Of a stretch of 64,000 bases of DNA, positions 19,263-29,163 are shown in pieces. Within the stretch, counting starts at the first letter, position 1. The number at the start of each line of letters is the position of its first letter. The translations under genes were made by a program, and so were the position numbers. The notes beneath the pieces were generated by a model, which worked only from the letters and a program-made list of their open reading frames with translations, was not told where the DNA came from and made no database searches. The stretch is from Candidatus Hydrogenedentota bacterium (GTDB lineage: Bacteria; Hydrogenedentota; Hydrogenedentia; Hydrogenedentales; GCA-2746185): positions 32,001 through 96,000 of the forward strand of contig JAYGCN010000052.1 in assembly GCA_046583315.1 (NCBI GenBank). Reading direction: 5' to 3'.

Positions 19263-20393
19263 TTAATTCTGGGAGGGAGCCAACTCTTTGTCCGCATAAT
19301 ACTGCCTGTCCTGAACAGTGAATCTGGTGCCGTTCACCTCAATGAGAACATGCCCATGTACAATCTCCCGCAGCGCTTGTACAGCTTCCGCGACATCCCC
19401 TTTCGTTTCCCCGCGTTCTGTCTGATAAATCCGTTGCACGCCTGCGTTGGCGAGGCGTTAGAGGGTTTCGGCGTGGGGGTGGCCGTGGGTGTTTCCGTCG
19501 CCGAGGGAGATGATGGCGACTTCGGGGCGGATGAGCTCGAGGAAGGCGGTGGAGGAGCCGTTGTTGGCGCCGTGGTGATTGACGTGGTAGACATCAATAT
19601 CGATTCCCTCTTCTACAAGGGCTTGGGCGATGGCGAGTTCGACTTTGGCATTTTCACTTCCGGCTTTACGTCCGATTATGTCGCCACCGATGAGGTAATC
19701 GAAGTCGCCGTACGAGATCAGGAAGCAGAGGGACCGCTCGTTTTCGGTGTTCACGAAGCGAATGGGGGAGGCCCGGTCGCGTACGAAGCCGTTTGCCGCA
19801 TACAGTGTCATGGTAGCGCCATCTCCGAGGTCGATAGTGAAATCGTCCACTTCGAGTTGGGTATCCAGCGAGATGCGCGTGCCCATGGTATCCGCGATGG
19901 CCTCGTATTTCTCGTAGGTGCGTGTATCCGGCTCGTCATCCTGGCCGCGGTCGATGAAATGGGTGATAATGATGTCGTCAACGTCTCCCTCAACACCGTT
20001 TGCGCCGAAAGTGAACGCTGAGCCGTGCACGGCAGGCCGTCCGCTGATGAGTCCTCCGATATGGTCGGCATCATAGTGGGAGGCGACGAAGTAATCTAAA
20101 GTAGACAATCCATATACGGCGAGAACCTCCGCGACAATTGCTCCGCCGTCTTTATCGCCTCCGTTGGGGATGTCGCCCGCGTCCATTAAGACTGACACGC
20201 GTACGCCGTTCTCTTCGGGGCCCAGTATCAGGGTGGAATCGCCCTGCCCAATATCGAGGTGGAGGATGGTCAGTTGGTCGGAGGAGACGATATCGGAGAT
20301 GTTTGACGGAACGTAGCCAACAATTTTCGGATAATAGTAATAGCTTGCACCAAGACCGGACAAAATTATCACGAGTAGTATTAGTTTGCGCAC
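19263..20393 (-). pseudogene. ComEC/Rec2-like metallo-beta-lactamase-fold hydrolase with one in-frame TAA
   Basis: LDIGQGDS, SHYDADHIGG, NENERS, NHHG, HGHP. After TAA 19458-19460 the frame continues RLANAGVQRIYQT... to TAA 19263. Confidence 0.8.
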
Positions 20394-20473
20394 TGTTAAT
20401 CTCTTTGATTGTGACTACGGTTTCCGGAAATAGAATACCTGAAACATCCAGGAAGGTTCCCGAAAAAGAACGG

Positions 20474-20502
20474 TTGAAGTGACGCTTGTTGAACAATATA
20501 AT
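20474..20502 (+). promoter_or_regulatory. sigma70 promoter of marR with palindrome in spacer
   Basis: TTGAAG (20474-79), 17 bp, TATAAT (20497-502); TTGTTGAACAA palindrome 20486-20496; ATG 5 nt after the -10. Confidence 0.6.
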
Positions 20503-20507
20503 AAATA

Positions 20508-20984
20508 ATGTCCAAGAAATCGAAAAAGGATGACGATTCCGAACAGTTAATGTTCGACGCTCCGGATCGTCTGTTGCTCGACTCGCTGATTCTCACGCAC
20601 GACGCTGTAGTGACCGCGTTTCAAGAGTTGTTGCGTGGTTACGATATTTCCTATACCCAGTTCTGCGTACTATCGGTGTTGGACGAGGTGCGCGATGAGG
20701 GGATGCGCACGCAACGACTGGGCGCTCGCTTGCTGACGCGTGTACCGGACATCACGCGTCTCGTGGATCGTCTGGTGAAGGCCGGATTCGTTGAGCGGAA
20801 ACGATCGCACGAGGATAAGCGCGTTGTGTTTGTGGCGATTACACAAACGGGTTCGGAACTACTTAACGAAATCAAAGAACCCGCCAAAGAGCTACAGTCC
20901 GGACTCTTCACCCACCTCTCCCAAAACAAGCAGGCCCAGCTCAACCAACTACTCCACGAACTCCGCGACGGCACGCAGCAGTAA
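20508..20984 (+). CDS. MarR family transcriptional regulator
   Basis: ISYTQFCVL, PDITRLVDRLVKAGFVER, EDKRVVFVAITQTG. Confidence 0.93.
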   Translation: MSKKSKKDDDSEQLMFDAPDRLLLDSLILTHDAVVTAFQELLRGYDISYTQFCVLSVLDEVRDEGMRTQRLGARLLTRVPDITRLVDRLVKAGFVERKRSHEDKRVVFVAITQTGSELLNEIKEPAKELQSGLFTHLSQNKQAQLNQLLHELRDGTQQ

Positions 20985-21260
20985 ACGCGAAGGGCAAGGG
21001 TCTCTCACCGCGGAGAGTCTCTCATCTGGTACCTACAGCAATCACGAGTGGTGGCTTTGAATTGTTCGACCGCCTTCTGCGTGATTTTTATTTTTATCGT
21101 TTACCCCGGATTCGTTCGAGGCTATTATTGTTTGACGCATTCCGGGTCGACTGGCAAATTTCATGTTAAAAGTCTTTGCTTCTTTTACCCTTTGCGCCTT
21201 TGCGTTGAGGCAATTTGCATTTAGTCCTATCTGCGTGTATCCGTGTTCATCTGCGGCTAA
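20984..21260. repeat. Degenerate repeat-bounded cassette remnant with three related short-tandem-repeat types
   Basis: AACGCGAAGGGCAAGGG (20984-21000) inverted against CCCTTTGCGCCTTTGCGTT (21188-21206); TCACCGCGGAGAG (21005-21017); ATCTGCGTGTATCCGTGTTCATCTGCGGCTAA (21229-21260). Confidence 0.6.
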
Positions 21261-21295
21261 TTGAGTTGTTGTGGTTCTTGCTGATAGTTAAAGGA

Positions 21296-21325
21296 TTGAC
21301 TATTTTGACCACCTTCTGCTATCAT
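21296..21325 (+). promoter_or_regulatory. sigma70 promoter of rib operon
   Basis: TTGACT (21296-21301), 18 bp, extended TG-C-TATCAT (21320-21325), just upstream of the riboswitch. Confidence 0.55.
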
Positions 21326-21342
21326 TACTCCCACTAGATGAA

Positions 21343-21473
21343 TGAATCTTCGGGGCAGGGTGGAAATCCCTACCGGCGGTGACAGCCCGCGAGCTTCGCG
21401 AACCTTGGTTCTCTTTGCTGACATCTGTGAAATTCAGAGGCCGACGGTTATAGTCCGGATGATAGAAGGTTCA
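21343..21473 (+). ncRNA. FMN riboswitch (RFN element)
   Basis: TCTTCGGGGCAGGGTGGAAATCCCTACCGGCGGT...AGCCCGCGAGC...GTGAAATTC...GCCGACGGTTATAGTCCGGATG..AGAAG; P1 TGAATCTTC/GAAGGTTCA; upstream of ribD. Confidence 0.97.
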
Positions 21474-21568
21474 TACCGTGCATGGGCGAGCGTTGCCTGT
21501 CTGGGGTTGTGATCGCTCGTTGTGTTGGCGCAAAAAATTTGCCGGCAAAACGAGAGTTTCGCCGTATG

Positions 21569-21605
21569 TCCCGAAGGTTTGTGCCTAAACCAGCGGGATT
21601 TTTTT
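21569..21605 (+). terminator. Riboswitch expression-platform terminator
   Basis: TCCCGAAGGTTT-GTGCCT-AAACCAGCGGGA followed by T7, directly before ATG 21606. Confidence 0.65.
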
Positions 21606-22685
21606 ATGCCTACAGAACGCGATTATATGGAACGGGCACTGGCCCTGGCGGCGGTGGCGCGTGGGCGCACGAGTCCGAATCCGATGGTGGGCTGCGTGGT
21701 GGTATCGCATGGCGAGATCATCGGCGAAGGCTATCATGAGAAAGCGGGCGAGCCTCACGCGGAAGTGATGGCTCTGCGCGATTGCGGGGATGTTTCCAAT
21801 GCGACCGTGTATGTGACGCTGGAGCCGTGTTGCCATGAAGGGCGTACGCCACCGTGCGTCGATCTCCTTAAAGAACGTAAACCCCAGCGCGTTGTGGTTG
21901 CCATGGAAGATCCGAACCCGAAGGTGGCCGGACGAGGCATCGAAGCTTTGCAGGAAATCGGCGTGGATGTGTCCGTCGGCCTACTTGAAGAACGAGCGCG
22001 CAAACTCAATGAAGTGTACGTGAAACACGTGACGACGGGCATGCCTTTTGTGATCGCGAAATGCGGCATGTCTCTGGATGGAAAAATTGCCACGCGCACG
22101 GGCGATTCAAAATGGGTCACGGGCGAAGAATCGCGCACGATGGTGCATCAGATTCGCAATCAGGTGGACGCGATTCTAGTGGGCAGTCGCACAGTGATGC
22201 TGGACGACCCAAGCCTGACGACGCGCCTGCCTCAAGAGCGGACCTTCGATCCCATTCGTGTCATCCTTGATTCCAGCGAATATCTCGGCGATGATCGCAA
22301 AGTATTTTCCGTCGAAAGCACATCACCCACGTGGATCGCTGTTGCGGATGAGCGAAAGGTGGTCGGTGCCGATGAAATTATCAAAATACCCAGAGGTCCG
22401 GGCGGTCTGGATATGGAAACGTTGATGCTTGAACTGGCGCGACGCGACGTAACGTCCGTCTTGATAGAAGGCGGCGGCACGACGCATGCCTCGGCATTCG
22501 AAGCGGGCATCGTGGACAAGGTGATGTTCTTTGTCGCTCCCAAAATTATCGGTGGACGCGAGGCGGTGTCCGCAGTGGACGGCGTAGGCAGCGAAACGAT
22601 GTCCGATGCCGTGCCGCTCGAGCAGATGACGGCGACGCCGGTGGGAAATGACATTCTGATACAAGCCTACGTGAGCAAGGGATAG
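21606..22685 (+). CDS. ribD: Bifunctional riboflavin biosynthesis deaminase/reductase
   Basis: SPNPMVG, HAE, TLEPCCHEGRTPPC, SLDGKIA, IEGGG. Start taken as ATG 21606. Confidence 0.97.
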   Translation: MPTERDYMERALALAAVARGRTSPNPMVGCVVVSHGEIIGEGYHEKAGEPHAEVMALRDCGDVSNATVYVTLEPCCHEGRTPPCVDLLKERKPQRVVVAMEDPNPKVAGRGIEALQEIGVDVSVGLLEERARKLNEVYVKHVTTGMPFVIAKCGMSLDGKIATRTGDSKWVTGEESRTMVHQIRNQVDAILVGSRTVMLDDPSLTTRLPQERTFDPIRVILDSSEYLGDDRKVFSVESTSPTWIAVADERKVVGADEIIKIPRGPGGLDMETLMLELARRDVTSVLIEGGGTTHASAFEAGIVDKVMFFVAPKIIGGREAVSAVDGVGSETMSDAVPLEQMTATPVGNDILIQAYVSKG

Positions 22686-22687
22686 TC

Positions 22688-23320
22688 ATGTTTACAGGAA
22701 TCATAGAAGAAGTCGGAGCGATAGCAAAACGCGGCGGCGCGGAATTGACCATCATGGCGAATACCGTGTTGGAAGACGTCTCACTCGGAGACAGTATCGC
22801 CATTGATGGCGCGTGCATGACGGTGGTGAGTTTTAGCGACGATTCGTTTGTGGTCCAGGTGTCGCCGGAATCCTTCGACAAAACAACGCTGGGCAATTTG
22901 AAAGCCGGAGACGCCGTAAACCTTGAACGCGCTATGGCCCTCGGTGATCGATTCGGGGGACACCTCGTTCAGGGACACGTCGACGGTGTGGGCCGTGTGG
23001 AAAGCGTGACGAAGCAGGGCGAATTCAGTCTCTGGAAATTCTGGGCACCGCCGGAAGTCGCGCCGTATCTGATTCCGAAGGGATCGGTCACGATTGACGG
23101 GATCAGCTTGACGGTAGTTGACCCGACGGGCGAAATCTTTGGCGTGGCGGTCATCCCGACGACGTTGCAGGAAACGAAACTACAATCCAAGCAGGCTGGC
23201 GATACAGTGAACATGGAAGCCGACTCGTTTGGAAAACATATCTATCACTATTTGATGCAAGGTGCAGGTCAATCTGCCGGTATTACCCGGGAATATTTGA
23301 ACAAGCACGGATTCGCGTAA
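22688..23320 (+). CDS. ribE: Riboflavin synthase alpha chain
   Basis: MFTGIIEE start, [30 protein letters not shown] (called ribC in E. coli nomenclature). Confidence 0.97.
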   Translation: MFTGIIEEVGAIAKRGGAELTIMANTVLEDVSLGDSIAIDGACMTVVSFSDDSFVVQVSPESFDKTTLGNLKAGDAVNLERAMALGDRFGGHLVQGHVDGVGRVESVTKQGEFSLWKFWAPPEVAPYLIPKGSVTIDGISLTVVDPTGEIFGVAVIPTTLQETKLQSKQAGDTVNMEADSFGKHIYHYLMQGAGQSAGITREYLNKHGFA

Positions 23321-23353
23321 ATGGAAGCCAGCAGGACTGGCGAGGAGGCATAC

Positions 23354-24586
23354 ATGCCTGAACGAATACCGCAAATTTTGGAAGACCTCGCGGAAGGCAA
23401 GATGATTATTCTTGTGGATGACGAGGATCGTGAAAACGAAGGCGATCTGGTCATCGCTGCGGACAAGGTCACGCCGGAAGCCATCAATTTTATGGCGACA
23501 CACGGGCGTGGATTGATCTGCCTGGCGATGACTCCGGAGCGTATCGAGGAACTCGATCTGCCGCCAATGACGCCGGACAATACAAGTCCATTTGAGACGG
23601 CGTTTCACGTGTCGATTGAAGCGAAAACCGGTGTGACGACGGGAATCAGTGCCGCCGACCGTGCGCGCACCATCCAAGTCGCAGTCAATCCCAATTCCAC
23701 GCCTGCCGATCTCGTTCGTCCCGGTCATGTATTCCCCCTGCGGGCCCGTGAAGGCGGTGTACTTGTGCGTACAGGCCAGACTGAGGGATCCGTCGATCTC
23801 GCTCGCATGGCCGGATGCGCTCCCGCTGGAGTCATCTGTGAAATCATGAGTGAAGACGGTACCATGGCGCGCATGCCGGAATTAAAAGAGTTTGCCGCGA
23901 AACATGACATCAATATTTGCTCTGTGGAGTCGATCATTCAATATCGGCGTATGGCGGAGCAGATTGTCGAGCGCGCAGCCGAAACCGTGTTGCCCACCGA
24001 CTACGGCGATTTCAAGCTGGTCGTATACGAAACCAATGTGGACGAAAAGAATCACCTGGCACTCGTGAAAGGTGATGTCAAAGGGAAAGACAACGTGATG
24101 GTACGGGTGCACTCTGAATGCCTCACCGGCGACGTATTTCATTCGATGCGCTGTGACTGCGGGAGCCAGCTGCACGAAGCGATGCGGATGATCGCGGAGG
24201 AAGGTTCTGGGGTGCTCGTATACATGCGCCAGGAAGGTCGCGGCATCGGGCTCGTCAACAAAATCAAAGCCTACGTGTTGCAGGATCAAGGCATGGACAC
24301 CGAAGAGGCGAACGTGCACCTCGGTTTCGACCCCGATCCTCGCGAGTACGGCCTGGGTGCACAGATTCTGAAAGACCTCGGAATCACGACGATGCGTTTA
24401 ATCACCAACAATCCGGTAAAACGTAAAGGCTTGCAGGGCTACGGGCTTGAGATCACGGATCGGGTTCCTATTGAAATTCCGGCGAATCCTCATAATCACA
24501 AGTATTTGAAGACGAAACAGGAAAAATTTGGGCATCATTTATCTGAATTTGGCGCGGGCGATATTGGTGCCTCAGTAGAAGATTAA
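23354..24586 (+). CDS. ribBA: Bifunctional DHBP synthase / GTP cyclohydrolase II
   Basis: [52 protein letters not shown] before ATG 23354. Confidence 0.97.
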   Translation: MPERIPQILEDLAEGKMIILVDDEDRENEGDLVIAADKVTPEAINFMATHGRGLICLAMTPERIEELDLPPMTPDNTSPFETAFHVSIEAKTGVTTGISAADRARTIQVAVNPNSTPADLVRPGHVFPLRAREGGVLVRTGQTEGSVDLARMAGCAPAGVICEIMSEDGTMARMPELKEFAAKHDINICSVESIIQYRRMAEQIVERAAETVLPTDYGDFKLVVYETNVDEKNHLALVKGDVKGKDNVMVRVHSECLTGDVFHSMRCDCGSQLHEAMRMIAEEGSGVLVYMRQEGRGIGLVNKIKAYVLQDQGMDTEEANVHLGFDPDPREYGLGAQILKDLGITTMRLITNNPVKRKGLQGYGLEITDRVPIEIPANPHNHKYLKTKQEKFGHHLSEFGAGDIGASVED

Positions 24587-24605
24587 TAGGGTAGGAGAAT
24601 TTTTA

Positions 24606-25070
24606 ATGCCAAAAGTTATTGAAGGAAATCTGAACGCGAAGGGCAAACGTTTTGCCATTGTCGTCACGCGATTCAACGAATTTATTACGGCAAAACTGCT
24701 GGACGGCGCGCTGGATGCCATCAAGCGTCATGGCGGTGATGCGGACGGTACTACGGTCGTCTGGGTTCCCGGCGCCGTGGAGATTCCGGTTGTGGCGCAC
24801 AAACTCGCGAAGTCTGATAAGTATGACGTCGTGATCGCGCTGGGTTGCGTGATTCGCGGGGCCACGGCTCACTTTGAGTACGTATCCGGCGAAGCAGCCA
24901 AGGGCATTGGACAGATCGCGTTGCAGACGGGCGTGCCTGTCATGTTCGGCGTGCTGACTACCGAAACGATTGAACAAGCCATTGAACGCGCTGGTACAAA
25001 AGCTGGCAACAAAGGTTTTGAAGTGGCCGTGGGCGCTATCGAGATGGCGAACCTGATGGAGAAATTGTAA
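24606..25070 (+). CDS. ribH: 6,7-dimethyl-8-ribityllumazine synthase
   Basis: [39 protein letters not shown]. Confidence 0.97.
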   Translation: MPKVIEGNLNAKGKRFAIVVTRFNEFITAKLLDGALDAIKRHGGDADGTTVVWVPGAVEIPVVAHKLAKSDKYDVVIALGCVIRGATAHFEYVSGEAAKGIGQIALQTGVPVMFGVLTTETIEQAIERAGTKAGNKGFEVAVGAIEMANLMEKL

Positions 25071-25071
25071 C

Positions 25072-25500
25072 TTGAGCGGTAGTCCACAACAACGAAGAAA
25101 AGCCCGGCGTCGCGCGCTGGAATTTTTGTTCAGCATCGAATTCACGCAATACGAATGGGAAGCCGCGCTTGAGGCATTCTGGGAAACCTTCGACACCAAA
25201 CAGGTCGTGCGTGAATACGCGAAAACCCTGATTAAGGGAATCTCGAATCACACGGAAGACATTGATGCCCACATCGACAGCGCGCTCACCAACTGGTCAC
25301 CCGATCGCGTCGGTCATGTCGAGCGCAACATCCTTCGCGTGGCCGTATTCGAAATCGCGTATACCGATGACGTTCCCCAAAAAGTCGCCATCAACGAAGC
25401 CATCGAAATCGCAAAGGCCTACGGCTCCGACGAGTCCGCGGGTTTCGTGAACGCCGTACTCGACAAATTGAAGAGCACCGTCTTCGCGGATATCGAATAG
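25072..25500 (+). CDS. nusB: Transcription antitermination factor NusB
   Basis: RRKARRRALE, VAINEAIEIAKAYG..FVNAVLD; follows ribH; TTG start. Confidence 0.95.
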   Translation: MSGSPQQRRKARRRALEFLFSIEFTQYEWEAALEAFWETFDTKQVVREYAKTLIKGISNHTEDIDAHIDSALTNWSPDRVGHVERNILRVAVFEIAYTDDVPQKVAINEAIEIAKAYGSDESAGFVNAVLDKLKSTVFADIE

Positions 25501-25507
25501 GTTTCCC

Positions 25508-26332
25508 ATGTCAGGACGTTACGTCGATCTCCACATGCACACGACCTTTTCTGACGGGGCCGACATCCCTTCAGTCGTCGTTGAGCGTGCCAGCAGCCTG
25601 GGCTTCAGTGCCATCGCGATTACCGATCACGATACCCTCACCGGATTGCCGGATGCACGGGTAGCCGCCGACGACGCGGGAATTGAGCTTCTGCCCGGGG
25701 TAGAAGTGAGTTCGCGATACGGCAAGATGGAAGTGCACATCCTTGGCCTCGGCGTGGACCCGACCGATGCCGAACTCACCGAGTCGCTCGCCGTGATGGC
25801 CAAAGAACGTGCGCACCGCGCCGAAGCGATCGTCGAGAAACTGAATGCCCTTGATGTTCCCGTCGATTATGAATCAATCCGCACACGCGTGGGCAAAGGC
25901 GTCATCGGGCGCATGCATATCGCGCAAGATATCGTGTCCCTCGGACATGCCGATACGATCCAGGGCGCCTTCGATAAATACATCAAAGCTGGACGCCCAG
26001 CCTACGTACCGAAAAAGGCGATGACCTGCGAAGATGCCGTCGAATCCATCCACAAAGCAGGAGGACTCGCCTTCGTCGCGCATCCCTGCATCGGAAAAAC
26101 ACGCTCGATCCTAGACCAGTTACTGCGACTCCCCTTCGACGGCATCGAAGTCTTCCACTCCCGCCACACACCAGGACACATCGCCGACCTGAAGGCACTC
26201 GCAGAAGATCGCGGCCTGTTAATCAGCGGAGGCTCCGATTGCCACGGCTCCATAAAAGGCGACTCGCCACTCATGGGGAAAATTCGACTCGCGTGGGAAC
26301 ACTACGAGGCAATCCAGGGACGTCTGACTTAA
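25508..26332 (+). CDS. PHP-domain metal-dependent phosphoesterase (TrpH/YciV-like)
   Basis: DLHMHTTFSDG, ITDHD, GVEVS, AHP, GGSDCHG. Confidence 0.92.
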   Translation: MSGRYVDLHMHTTFSDGADIPSVVVERASSLGFSAIAITDHDTLTGLPDARVAADDAGIELLPGVEVSSRYGKMEVHILGLGVDPTDAELTESLAVMAKERAHRAEAIVEKLNALDVPVDYESIRTRVGKGVIGRMHIAQDIVSLGHADTIQGAFDKYIKAGRPAYVPKKAMTCEDAVESIHKAGGLAFVAHPCIGKTRSILDQLLRLPFDGIEVFHSRHTPGHIADLKALAEDRGLLISGGSDCHGSIKGDSPLMGKIRLAWEHYEAIQGRLT

Positions 26333-26333
26333 C

Positions 26334-26878
26334 GAACCATTTGCACCGCGGAGGACTTCTACTCCAATAGGTCATCATCCAGGTACAGCGCACACTTGTT
26401 TAATGCTTCTTCGACCTCGGGACACTTTGCGCAATCGATGGTCAGCAATACGTAGTCCACGAAGCTTAAGTCATCAAAGGTTGCACAGTTGACGAAGTAG
26501 AACGCGACATCTTTTGGCTACTCAACTTTATGCCAAGTGGTCATTACGAGTGGGTAATTCTCGTGAAGATCGCCGTTCTTGTCGATGTTGCTTCCAATAT
26601 TTTTCTCGTCCGTCATATCATGCCAAAGTTCACAATTCGAGCCGCCGCATACGACCGAGCGACACCCCTTTCGTAAGATCTCGCCGACAATGTAGTCAAT
26701 TTGCTCGACAGAAAAGTTGCTGTCACAATCCTAGATCATGCACGCGAACGGATTGCCGACATCGAGCAGAGCAATGTCATCGGGATGAGAAACGTATTGG
26801 TGCCAATAGCGCCGTCCCTCATTTTCTACAATAATTTTCATATTTAATTCTCCGCGCCTCCGCGGTGAAATGCGGTTC
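26334..26878. mobile_element. Inverted-repeat-bounded gene cassette (cassette 1)
   Basis: Left GAACCATTTGCACCGCGGAGG (26334-26354); right TTCTCCGCGCCTCCGCGGTGAAATGCGGTTC (26848-26878). Fills the whole gap between two convergent stop codons. Mobility is inferred. Confidence 0.6.
26359..26841 (-). pseudogene. 160-codon cassette cargo gene with two in-frame TAG stops (DUF7684-like by recollection)
   Basis: Manual translation: MKIIVENEGRRYWH...FACMI*DCD...GCRSVVCGGSNCELWHDMTDE...LVMTTWHKVE*PKDVAFYFVNCATFDD...DDDLLE*. TAG at 26731-26733 and 26518-26520; GGAG SD comes from the repeat. Confidence 0.7.
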
Positions 26879-28239
26879 TACTTCAGCTCGTTAAACTTGT
26901 CTTCGATTAGTTTGCGAATTTCCTTGAGGCGTTCCTTCGTTTCTGCTTCACACCGCATGACGATCATGGGGGAGGTGTTGGATACGCGGAGCAGGCCCCA
27001 GCCGTCGGGGAACTCAATGCGTGCGCCGTCGATCGTGTTGACGTCGTAACCTTCTTTCAGGAAAAACGCCGTTGCTTTCTCCACGATCTTGAATTTCTTT
27101 TTGTCCGTTGTTTCCAGTCGAATTTCGTCCGTAACGAAGGTTTTCGGCAGGGACTCGAGGTGTTTATGGAAGGGTCTGTGGCTGGCTGCGATGATTTCCA
27201 TGAGGCGTGCCGCCGCGTAGATGGCGCAATCGAAGCCGTACCAGCGGTGTTTGAAGAAAATATGGCCGCTCATTTCGCCGCCGATGGCCGCGTTGTTCTT
27301 GACCATACAATCTTTGATGAGCGAGTGGCCCGCTTTATACATGATTGGGTTGCCGCCATTTTTTGCGATATCCTCGTACATCGTGCGCGAACACTTTACT
27401 TCGCCGACCACGGTCGCGCCTTTCACTTCTTTCAAAATCTGCCGCGCAAACAAAAGCAGTAGCATATCGCCTGCGATAAAATTTCCTTTGTCGTCCACCG
27501 CACCGATTCGATCGGCATCGCCATCAAAACCGATGCCCAAGTCAGCCTTCTCTTCCTTGACCGTACTCACGAGCTTCTTGAGGGTCTTCGGTAGCGTGGG
27601 ATCGGGATGATGATTCGGAAAGTTGCCGTCCACCTTGCAATACAGCTCAACCACGTCGCAGCCCATCGCGCGAAACAGATCAACTCCGACTTTTCCACCA
27701 ACGCCGTTACCCGCATCCACTACAACCTTCAGCTTCCGCTTCAGTTTAATGCCCCGAAGAATTTTCTGTTGGTACTTCGGAATAATGTTCATACGCGTAA
27801 TCGTAACCGGTTTTTTGGCGACAGGAAATGCTCCTTTTTGAATGATCGCCTTAATCTTTTGAATTTCTTTACCGTGAATGGTGGATTTGCCCACGCCCAG
27901 TTTCAATCCGTTGTATTCCTTCGGATTGTGCGAGCCCGTAATCATCACTCCGCCGTCCACAGGTAGATGAAACAGGCCGAAATAGGTGACGCCCGTGCTG
28001 ACTTCGCCAATATCGATGACGTTCATGCCCACAGAGGTCAGACCGTCGATGAGCGCGTTGGCGAATCCCTTCGACGTAAGCCGTCCATCCCGTCCGACCA
28101 CCATACAATTGTGTTTTTTCTTGCGGCGCATATAAACGGCAAGGGCTTTTCCGACCAATTCGACGATTTCTTCCGTCAATTCGTCGCCGGCAATGCCGCG
28201 GATGTCGTATTCTCTAAAAATGTTGTCTGGCAACTGCAT
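26878..28239 (-). CDS. Phosphomannomutase/phosphoglucomutase (AlgC-like)
   Basis: FREYDIRG, ITGSHNP, FDGDADR, GEMSGH, RVSNTSP. Confidence 0.96.
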   Translation of the reverse strand: MQLPDNIFREYDIRGIAGDELTEEIVELVGKALAVYMRRKKKHNCMVVGRDGRLTSKGFANALIDGLTSVGMNVIDIGEVSTGVTYFGLFHLPVDGGVMITGSHNPKEYNGLKLGVGKSTIHGKEIQKIKAIIQKGAFPVAKKPVTITRMNIIPKYQQKILRGIKLKRKLKVVVDAGNGVGGKVGVDLFRAMGCDVVELYCKVDGNFPNHHPDPTLPKTLKKLVSTVKEEKADLGIGFDGDADRIGAVDDKGNFIAGDMLLLLFARQILKEVKGATVVGEVKCSRTMYEDIAKNGGNPIMYKAGHSLIKDCMVKNNAAIGGEMSGHIFFKHRWYGFDCAIYAAARLMEIIAASHRPFHKHLESLPKTFVTDEIRLETTDKKKFKIVEKATAFFLKEGYDVNTIDGARIEFPDGWGLLRVSNTSPMIVMRCEAETKERLKEIRKLIEDKFNELK

Positions 28240-28419
28240 GGTGTTCTCCCCAAAAGGCTAATCAGGTGCGTATTGTAATGATTCAGAGTTGGAAAACCAA
28301 GAGATGGAAGGGCCGAGTGGGTCGTCAAGCCAGAGAACTGCGCATGAACAGACTTGACAGTGTACATGGAACCCGTCCATCAGTATACTCGAATCGTTCA
28401 TGAATGAAGGAAGCATACC

Positions 28420-29148
28420 ATGCCCATTACCGATACCGTGTGGAAATCAGAAGAAGTCGCATCCAAATATCTGCAAGGCGTGCGCGGCGCGATTCCGGGA
28501 GCCTTGTTGCAGCTCGAGGTCATGATGCGTTTGCTGGGCACGGGTGAACACACGATAGATAGCTTCCTTGATCTCGGATGCGGTGACGGTATTCTGGGAC
28601 AAACAATCCTCGCTGAGCATCCCGAGGCGCAGGGTGTGTTCGTCGATTTTTCCGAACCCATGATCGATGCGGCCCTCAAACGATTGGGAACTGACTCGAA
28701 GCATGCGTTTCATGCGATCGATTATGGGCAAGCAGGTTGGATCGATTCCCTTTCAGCCCCTTTCGACTGTATCGTGTCCGGATTTTCGATACATCACCAG
28801 CCGGACGAACGAAAGAAGGAAATCTACCAGGAACTTTTCGATGCGCTCGCGCCTGGAGGCTGGTTTATCAATATGGAACACGTTTTGTCCGCTACGAAAA
28901 CAGGTGAGACGGCGTTTCTGCAGCATCTCGTTGACAATATGTTCGCACTGGAGAAAGAATCCGGTGGTACGCGGTCGCGCGCGGAAATTCTTCATGCGAT
29001 GGAAAACAACGAAGACAGCCAAGCGAATATTTTGGCAAGAGTTGATGTGCAATGCGAATGGTTGTCGGCGATCGGTTTTCAGGAAGTCGATTGCTATTTC
29101 AAAATCTATGAGTTGGCCATTTTCGGGGGCGTTAAGCCTACCCAATAG
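28420..29148 (+). CDS. Class I SAM-dependent methyltransferase
   Basis: LDLGCGDG, VDFSEPM, SGFSIHH, LAPGGWF. Confidence 0.92.
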   Translation: MPITDTVWKSEEVASKYLQGVRGAIPGALLQLEVMMRLLGTGEHTIDSFLDLGCGDGILGQTILAEHPEAQGVFVDFSEPMIDAALKRLGTDSKHAFHAIDYGQAGWIDSLSAPFDCIVSGFSIHHQPDERKKEIYQELFDALAPGGWFINMEHVLSATKTGETAFLQHLVDNMFALEKESGGTRSRAEILHAMENNEDSQANILARVDVQCEWLSAIGFQEVDCYFKIYELAIFGGVKPTQ

Positions 29149-29163
29149 GGGAACGAATTCAGT

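Noticed and set aside
17925..20393. Genome-wide reassignment of TAA
   Set aside because: Conserved genes such as ribE, ribH, pspA and rpsI end at TAA at their expected C-termini.
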